From: Candidatus Eiseniibacteriota bacterium
GTDB taxonomy: Bacteria; Eisenbacteria; RBG-16-71-46; CAVPCR01
Direction of reading: 5' to 3'
Length of the DNA: 64,000 nt
NCBI GenBank assembly: GCA_963823555.1
Contig: CAWGMA010000001.1
Span: 352,001 to 416,000, forward strand
Under the pieces are notes generated by a model. The model searched no databases. It was given only the letters and a program-made list of their open reading frames with translations, and was not told where the DNA came from. The number at the start of each line of letters is the position of its first letter. The first letter of the stretch is position 1. Below are positions 58,162 to 64,000 of this stretch, one piece after another. A program made the position numbers and the translations under genes.

Positions 58162-60513
58162 GTGAAAGTCGATCTGCCGGCCGGGGACATGGCACCGGCC
58201 ACCAGCCTGCCTCGTGATGCGGGCATCCCTGCTCCCGGGACCGGGGGCGATGCGAGCGCCGGGCCGATGATCCTCGTCGCCTCGCTCTCCTTCACGCTCC
58301 TTGCCCTCGAGGTGGCATGGACCCGGATCTTCTCGGCGGAGTTCTTCTACAACTTCGCGTTCCTGGTGCTATCCCTCGCTGTCCTCGGGCTCGGTGTCGG
58401 CGCTCTCGTGCTCAGGCTCATGCCACGGCTCGGCAGGCAAGAGCATCTGCCGGCCATCCTCGTCTTGACCGGCCTCGCGGCGCTTTCCGGCCCGCCGCTG
58501 GTCTTCCGGCTCGGCCTCGATATCTCGCACGTGGTCGGGAGTCCGATCATGGCCGGGAAACTCGTTCTCGCCATTCTCCTCCTCGGTGCCGCTTACTTCT
58601 TCGGGGGGATGGCGCTCGCCAGCGTGTTCAAGCGCGGCCACCGCCGACTGGACCGCCTCTACATGGCGGATCTCTTCGGGGCAGGGCTGGGCGTCGTCGT
58701 CGCCGTCCTCCTCATGGAGCGGCTCGGCACTCCATCCGCCACGTTTGCCGTCGCGACGCCGGTGCTCGGGGCGGCGTTCATCATGGCCCGGCGATGGTCT
58801 CGCTTGCTACCGGCCGCGCTCCTCGTGCTCATGATCGTCCTCGGGGTCCGGGGGGGAGATCTCCTCCAGGTCCAGCGTCGCGAGCCGGCACCCGTGATCG
58901 CCACCCACTGGGACTCGATCGCCAAGGTGAAGATCTACGACCGCGGCCCTGAGCACCGTGGTCTCAACATCGACAACGCCGCCAACTCCCCCGTCTACCG
59001 GTTTGACGGGGACTGGGATCGTCCCGATTCCTTGCGCTTCCAGTTCGGGATCGACGTCACCCATCTCATCACTCGATTCGAGGCCTGCACCTTCCTCTCG
59101 CTCGGTGCGGGCGGAGGCAGCGACGTCCTGCAGGCCCTGCAGGCCGGGGCGGAGGAAGTGCATGCCGTCGAGGTCATTCCATATGTGAACGAGCTGATGG
59201 TCTCGGGAGATCTTGCCGCTTACTCGGGTCATATCTACGCCGATCCGCGGGTCATCGTTGCCACCGAGGATGCGCGCTCCTATGTGCGGCGCCATCCGCA
59301 GACCTTCGACGTAATCTACTCGCTCAGCTCCAACACCTTCGCCGCGCTCTCGGCGGGAGCCTTCGCGCTCGCCGAGGACTACCTGTTCACGACCGAGGCC
59401 TTCCAGGACTACTGGCGAGCACTCACCGATCAAGGCTTCATGATGATGGAGCACCAGTTCTACATGCCGCGCCTGGTGAGCGCGATGCTCGACGCGCTCT
59501 CCGGGCTTGGGGTCGAGGATCCTGGCGCCCATATCGCGCTCTACGATCTGCCGAGCATGCGGCGGCAGATGGTGCTCCTCTCCCGGCAGCCGCTGACCGC
59601 CGACCTCGTGAACCGCGCGTTCGGTGAGCTGACCCCCGAAGTGGCCGAGCACATCCAGCTCGTGTATCCCCCGCCTGCCGGCCAGGAGGAGCACCTCTTG
59701 AGCCGGATCATGCGTGACGGATGGCGAGAAGCACAGGCCGGCGCTCCGATCGACCTCTCGCCCAGCACGGATGACCGCCCGTTCGCTGCTCAGCTCGGTC
59801 GCTGGCAGAACTTCTCCTTCGATGCGCTCACCGGTCTGAGCCCGCTGGCCGAGGTCAAGGGCTTCCCGCTCGCCAGGCTGCTCATCGTGACCGTTCTCCT
59901 CATCGTCGCCCTGCTCGTGATCCCCCTCATGCTCCTGCCCTACGTCGCCAGCGGCGGGCCCAAGATCGGCCCCGTGCCCTGGCTCTACTTCGCCGCCATC
60001 GGCTGCGCCTTCATGGCGGTGGAGGTGATCCTGATCCAGCGCTACGCGCTGTTCATCGGCCCCTCGGCCCTGGGTTTCGTCACGATCCTGGTCACGCTGC
60101 TCCTGAGTTCCGGGCTGGGCAGCCGGTGGGCCCGCCAGGTCCCCGATGGCGTCGTGTTCGGAGCCATCGTGGGGTTCATCCTCCTCGAGGTCCTTCTCTG
60201 GCGCCGTGCCACCAATGCGCTTGCCGCCTTGCCGCTCGCCGCTCGGATGGGGGTCACCGCGCTTCTCGTGGCGCCCCTGGGATTCTTCATGGGCATGCCC
60301 TTTCCCCGGGCCGGGCAGCGCGTGGGTGAGCTCATCGACTGGGGATTCGCGGTCAACGGCGCGGCCTCGGTGATCGGGGCAACCGGGATCCTGCTGGTGG
60401 CCTTCGCTCGCGGGTACGACGCGGCTCTCCTCGTGGCGGCCCTGCTCTATGCGATCGCCCTCGGGCTTGCACTCTTGAAGCCGGCCTGGGCCGAGCCACC
60501 GCCGGATTTCTAG
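58162..60513 (+). CDS. Polytopic membrane protein with spermidine-synthase-like SAM-binding domain
   Basis: AAGGAGG RBS + GTG; LALEVAWTRIFS, LYMADLFGAG, LSLGAGGGSDV, HAVEV, EDARSY, FDVI, TDDRPF, GMPFP, AVNGAASV. Confidence 0.8.
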   Translation: MKVDLPAGDMAPATSLPRDAGIPAPGTGGDASAGPMILVASLSFTLLALEVAWTRIFSAEFFYNFAFLVLSLAVLGLGVGALVLRLMPRLGRQEHLPAILVLTGLAALSGPPLVFRLGLDISHVVGSPIMAGKLVLAILLLGAAYFFGGMALASVFKRGHRRLDRLYMADLFGAGLGVVVAVLLMERLGTPSATFAVATPVLGAAFIMARRWSRLLPAALLVLMIVLGVRGGDLLQVQRREPAPVIATHWDSIAKVKIYDRGPEHRGLNIDNAANSPVYRFDGDWDRPDSLRFQFGIDVTHLITRFEACTFLSLGAGGGSDVLQALQAGAEEVHAVEVIPYVNELMVSGDLAAYSGHIYADPRVIVATEDARSYVRRHPQTFDVIYSLSSNTFAALSAGAFALAEDYLFTTEAFQDYWRALTDQGFMMMEHQFYMPRLVSAMLDALSGLGVEDPGAHIALYDLPSMRRQMVLLSRQPLTADLVNRAFGELTPEVAEHIQLVYPPPAGQEEHLLSRIMRDGWREAQAGAPIDLSPSTDDRPFAAQLGRWQNFSFDALTGLSPLAEVKGFPLARLLIVTVLLIVALLVIPLMLLPYVASGGPKIGPVPWLYFAAIGCAFMAVEVILIQRYALFIGPSALGFVTILVTLLLSSGLGSRWARQVPDGVVFGAIVGFILLEVLLWRRATNALAALPLAARMGVTALLVAPLGFFMGMPFPRAGQRVGELIDWGFAVNGAASVIGATGILLVAFARGYDAALLVAALLYAIALGLALLKPAWAEPPPDF

Positions 60514-60669
60514 GCCCCAGCGTCCTCAAGTCGGTTGACGCGCCGACCTCACATCCGGGGCTCGACCGGGCTCGTGACGAGAGCTGTCTCGATGCCGCCG
60601 CCGAGGATGCTATCTTCTCGGACCGGATTGCACTCGCTCTGCCAGGGAACCAGGCCGGGGGATGGCTGC

Positions 60670-61647
60670 ATGCCCTTTGCGCTCGGGATCGACATCGGCG
60701 GCACGTTCACCAAGATGGTGGCGCTGGCGGCGGATCATGAGGTCCTTGCCGAGAGTCGCGTGCCCACCGAGTCCCGAGCGGGGGCGACGGAGCTCGTGGC
60801 CCGTGTGGTAGCCGAAGCCCGGGCGATGTGCGCCGGAGCCGGGCTCGACCTGGCGCGGGCGGTCGGGGTCGGAATCGGATTGGCCGGCCTCGTCGATCGC
60901 GCGAGCGGCAGGCTCATGGCCAGTCCCAATCTGCCTGGATTCGAGGGCTTCGCCGCCGCCCAAGCCTTCGGCCAGTCGCTCCTGATCCCCGCGATCGTCG
61001 AGAATGACGCTGGAGTCTTCGCGCTCGCCGAGTCCCGGCTCGGCGCCGGGCGGGGCCGTGATCCGATCGCTCTCCTGACCCTGGGCACCGGGGTCGGTGG
61101 CGCGATCGTCCATGCCGGACGCATCTTTCATGGTTGGCGTGGCTTTGCCGGTGAGTTCGGGCACACGGGGCTCGCGGTGGAAGAAGGACCGCGCTGTGCC
61201 TGCGGGCAGCAGGGCTGCATCGAAGCCTACCTGAGTTCGAGACACGTCGTCGCGCTCGCCCTCGACCTGTCCGTGCGCATGGCGGAGCGGCCGGGCCCGA
61301 TGCTGGCGCGCGCGCTTTCATCCGGGGAGGCCACGGCGCGCACGGTCGGCGAGGCCGCCCGCGCCGGAGATCCGGTGGCGCGGGCGGTGTTCACCGAACT
61401 GGGCCGCTACCTGGGTCTGGCCGTCGCCAACATCATCTCGGCCCTCAACCCGGCGGCCGTCATCATCGGAGGGGGCGTCTCCCTCGCCGGAGACGTGCTC
61501 ATCGACACGGCCCGCGCCACCGCGCTCGCACGCGTCATGCCACCGCTGGCCGAAGGAGTGGCCATTCTGCCCGCCTCCCTCGGGGATCGCGGCGGTACGC
61601 TGGGTGCGGCCCTCCTCGCCCTCGACGATGGACCGGATCTGTGCTGA
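60670..61647 (+). CDS. ROK family sugar kinase (glucokinase-like)
   Basis: GIDIGGT, ENDA, LTLGTGVGG, GEFGH, CACGQQGCIEAY. Confidence 0.92.
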   Translation: MPFALGIDIGGTFTKMVALAADHEVLAESRVPTESRAGATELVARVVAEARAMCAGAGLDLARAVGVGIGLAGLVDRASGRLMASPNLPGFEGFAAAQAFGQSLLIPAIVENDAGVFALAESRLGAGRGRDPIALLTLGTGVGGAIVHAGRIFHGWRGFAGEFGHTGLAVEEGPRCACGQQGCIEAYLSSRHVVALALDLSVRMAERPGPMLARALSSGEATARTVGEAARAGDPVARAVFTELGRYLGLAVANIISALNPAAVIIGGGVSLAGDVLIDTARATALARVMPPLAEGVAILPASLGDRGGTLGAALLALDDGPDLC

Positions 61648-64000
61648 TGCTTCGATCTCGGACTGGCAGGGAGATCATCGCGCTCCTGGGCGGCGGGCTC
61701 ATCGGGCTCGTGCTGATCGCCCTGGCGTTGACTCCGGCCGGGGCCCAGCTCGAGACGACGTTCCCCGGTGGCTCCGCCGACGATTCTCTCGCCACGCGCG
61801 TAACCGGCGCCCGCCTGCGGCATGTCGTGGTGGATGGTGTTCCCATCGTCGTCGTCGATTCGGTCCGGATCGACCATCGCGCGACCACGATCACGGGACG
61901 CGTCGGCCGTTACGACCGCCAGAACCAGCGTGCCGTTGTCGATGGGGATGTTCGCATCGTGGACGGTCCGACCACGATCACCGGCGATCATGGCACGTTC
62001 GATGTCGGCTCCGGGGTCGGCACCCTCGTCGGCCGTGTGGTCGTCCGCCGGGAGGATCTTACGATCCGGGCACCTCACGCCACCTACGACCGTTCGAGCC
62101 GGATCGCGCGCTTGCGGGGCGGGGTCCAGATCCAGGACAAGGAGCGCCGCGTCGATGCCGACAGCCTGGTCTACTGGTTTGCCGAGGACCGGGCCATGGC
62201 CTTCGGCAACGTGCGCATCGACCAGACCGGGAAGGAAGAGGCGGTGCTACGCGGCGAGGTCGCCGAGTACCTGAGGAGCACGGGAGATCTGCGGCTCCTC
62301 GAGCAGGCCTCGCTCGTCATCGAGGACGAGGGCCAGCCGGTCACGGTCACGGCTCGCGATCTCCAGTACCAGAAGGAAGGCGCGGAGGTCGTCGCCGAGG
62401 GTAGCGTCGTCATTCGCCAGGAGGAGGCGGAGGCCACCGCCGACCACGCCACGTTCTTCCGGGATGATCGCCGCGCCGTTCTCACCGGGTCCCCGCTCAT
62501 GCGCGATCCCGACGGTCTCGTCTCCGGCGACTCGCTCGTCTTGTCCTTCGACCAGGGCAAGCTCTCACAGCTCGGTGCGCTGGGTCAGGCGCGGGCAAAC
62601 TACAGCCGCGAGCTCAAGACCGGGGGGAAGGAGGAGCTTCATATCTCCGCCGATCGCCTGGACATCGAATTCGAGGACGGCGAGGCGCGGCAGATGAGCC
62701 TCGCCGGAAATGCGGAGAGCCTCTACCTGCCGGCGGGGGAGCCGCTCGAATCCGGGGCGATACGCAATGTCGCCAAGGCGGATCGGATCCAGGTATCGCT
62801 GAGCAAGGGGCAAGCCGAGCGCATCGTTCTCGAGGGTGATGCCACGGGCGAGTACTTCTATCGCCTGGAGCGCCCCGACTCGCTGGGCGAGGTGAATGCC
62901 CTCGGTCGCAGCGATTCCAGACTGGCCGGGGTGCTGGGAGATTCGGCTCGCGCCTTTGCCGACAGCGCTCGGAGCGGGCTCCGCCGCATCCTGGCCGAGA
63001 TGGACAGCGCCCGGGCCGTCGAGGGGGAGGCCCTCGGAGCTGCGGCCGACTCCGCGTTCGCCGAGGCCGACTCCGCGTTCGCCGAGGCCGACTCCGCGTT
63101 CGCCGGGGCCGAGATGGCTCTCGCCGCGGCCGCCGACTCGACGGCGGTCCTGGCTCCCATCTCCCTCGCCGCCGCCCTTCCCGATTCCATCGTCCAGAGC
63201 GTGCGCTATCAGGCGGACCGCATCGAGCTCCTCGTCGAGCGCAACGAGATTCTCCTCATCCACAATGCCGAGCTCTTCCACGAGGACCTCCACCTCAAGG
63301 CCGGACGGGTGCGCTTCTCGGTCGAGGACCGCACCCTCGTGGCCAGCGAGTCCCCGGTGCTGGCCGATGGCAGCCAGACCATGGAGGGGGAGGCGATGGC
63401 GTATGAGTTCGGGAGTCGGGAGGGGGCGGTGCGGCAGGGCGAGACGACCTTCGAGCGCGGCATCTACACCGGGCGGGAGCTCTACAAAGCGGGGGACAGG
63501 GTCTTCTACGTCAAGGGAGCCAACTACACCACGTGCACGATTGCCGAGCCGCACTATCACTTCACCGGGAACGAGATGAAGGTCTATCTCGACGACAAGG
63601 TGGTCACCCGGCCGGTGGGCCTCTTCATCCGCAGCGTGCCCATCCTCGCACTGCCTTACTACATCTTCCCGATCAAGGCCGGCCGGCATTCCGGGATCCT
63701 CATGCCCCAGGTCGAGTTCGGATTCTCCCAGACCCGGGGCCGTTTCGTACGCAACGCCGGCTATTACTACGTGATCAACGACTATGCCGACACCAAGATC
63801 TGGGGCGATTTCTCCGAGTATTCGCCCCATGTCATCGGCAACGTCGACTTTCGCTACGCCAAGCGGTATCTCATGAACGGGAACTTCGCATCCAAGTTCA
63901 GCTTCGGGGGCGGGCAGGAGCGCTGGGACGTCCGGGGCAGTCACGGCCAGGATCTGGGCCAGCGCCGGACCCTCCAGGCCAACATCGATTTCCTCTCCGA
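61647..64000 (+). CDS. lptD: LPS-assembly protein LptD with a long N-terminal extension of OstA/LptA-like repeats; runs off the window edge
   Basis: Hand-translated from ATG 61647 (TGATG overlap with the ROK stop) with no stop to 64000: signal peptide, about 370 aa of jellyroll-type repeats, a DSA-rich linker, then YTTC...PHYHF, VP.LALPY..FP...RHSG.L.P and NAGYY typical of LptD. Confidence 0.85.
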   Translation, partial: MLRSRTGREIIALLGGGLIGLVLIALALTPAGAQLETTFPGGSADDSLATRVTGARLRHVVVDGVPIVVVDSVRIDHRATTITGRVGRYDRQNQRAVVDGDVRIVDGPTTITGDHGTFDVGSGVGTLVGRVVVRREDLTIRAPHATYDRSSRIARLRGGVQIQDKERRVDADSLVYWFAEDRAMAFGNVRIDQTGKEEAVLRGEVAEYLRSTGDLRLLEQASLVIEDEGQPVTVTARDLQYQKEGAEVVAEGSVVIRQEEAEATADHATFFRDDRRAVLTGSPLMRDPDGLVSGDSLVLSFDQGKLSQLGALGQARANYSRELKTGGKEELHISADRLDIEFEDGEARQMSLAGNAESLYLPAGEPLESGAIRNVAKADRIQVSLSKGQAERIVLEGDATGEYFYRLERPDSLGEVNALGRSDSRLAGVLGDSARAFADSARSGLRRILAEMDSARAVEGEALGAAADSAFAEADSAFAEADSAFAGAEMALAAAADSTAVLAPISLAAALPDSIVQSVRYQADRIELLVERNEILLIHNAELFHEDLHLKAGRVRFSVEDRTLVASESPVLADGSQTMEGEAMAYEFGSREGAVRQGETTFERGIYTGRELYKAGDRVFYVKGANYTTCTIAEPHYHFTGNEMKVYLDDKVVTRPVGLFIRSVPILALPYYIFPIKAGRHSGILMPQVEFGFSQTRGRFVRNAGYYYVINDYADTKIWGDFSEYSPHVIGNVDFRYAKRYLMNGNFASKFSFGGGQERWDVRGSHGQDLGQRRTLQANIDFLS
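63045..63107 (+). repeat. 21-bp coding tandem repeat x3 (ADSAFAE)
   Basis: GCCGACTCCGCGTTCGCCGAG twice plus GCCGACTCCGCGTTCGCCGGG. Confidence 0.95.

Noticed and set aside
63045..63107. Short direct repeats (also 35897-35956) as a possible CRISPR array
   Set aside because: No spacers, unit lengths are multiples of three within coding frames, and no cas genes are present.

Overview
High-GC bacterial chromosomal window, almost all on the + strand and mostly core genome. I found no rRNA, tRNA, CRISPR array or mobile element. Gene content suggests a diderm FCB-group relative outside Bacteroidota, e.g. Eisenbacteria, Krumholzibacteriota or Latescibacterota; this is inference from a C25/PorU-like protein, a PorX-like regulator, a GWxTD protein and a C-terminal TWGxIK motif, together with canonical sigma70 promoters and Shine-Dalgarno sites. 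Gene order, left half: partial C25-family peptidase (-); GWxTD lipoprotein-tonB; ptsN-vanZ-hisS-aspS; a structured ncRNA candidate (6S-like); phoH-7TM/HD-ybeY-two CBS proteins-recO-glyQS; YfhO-type GT-C (-); aroF, YdjM-type hydrolase, GT4 and a cohesin protein. Gene order, right half: a PyrR-attenuated pyr operon with an inserted TPR lipoprotein and a frameshifted pyrF; a nucleotide-sugar/polysaccharide cluster; serS; histidine kinase-porX-tsaE-tsaB-rimI-accD-folC; DUF481 barrel (-); membrane SAM-dependent transferase; ROK kinase; and a partial LptA-repeat/LptD fusion. The most interesting signals concern the cell envelope: (1) dense clusters of D-S-[A/L/I/V/T] motifs (the Bacteroidota O-glycosylation sequon), partly tandem-amplified, in exported proteins; (2) an LptD fused to several LptA-like jellyrolls; (3) a candidate C-terminal sorting signal; (4) a non-PorY-type kinase directly upstream of porX. 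All product calls come from motif recognition by eye; no database search was run.
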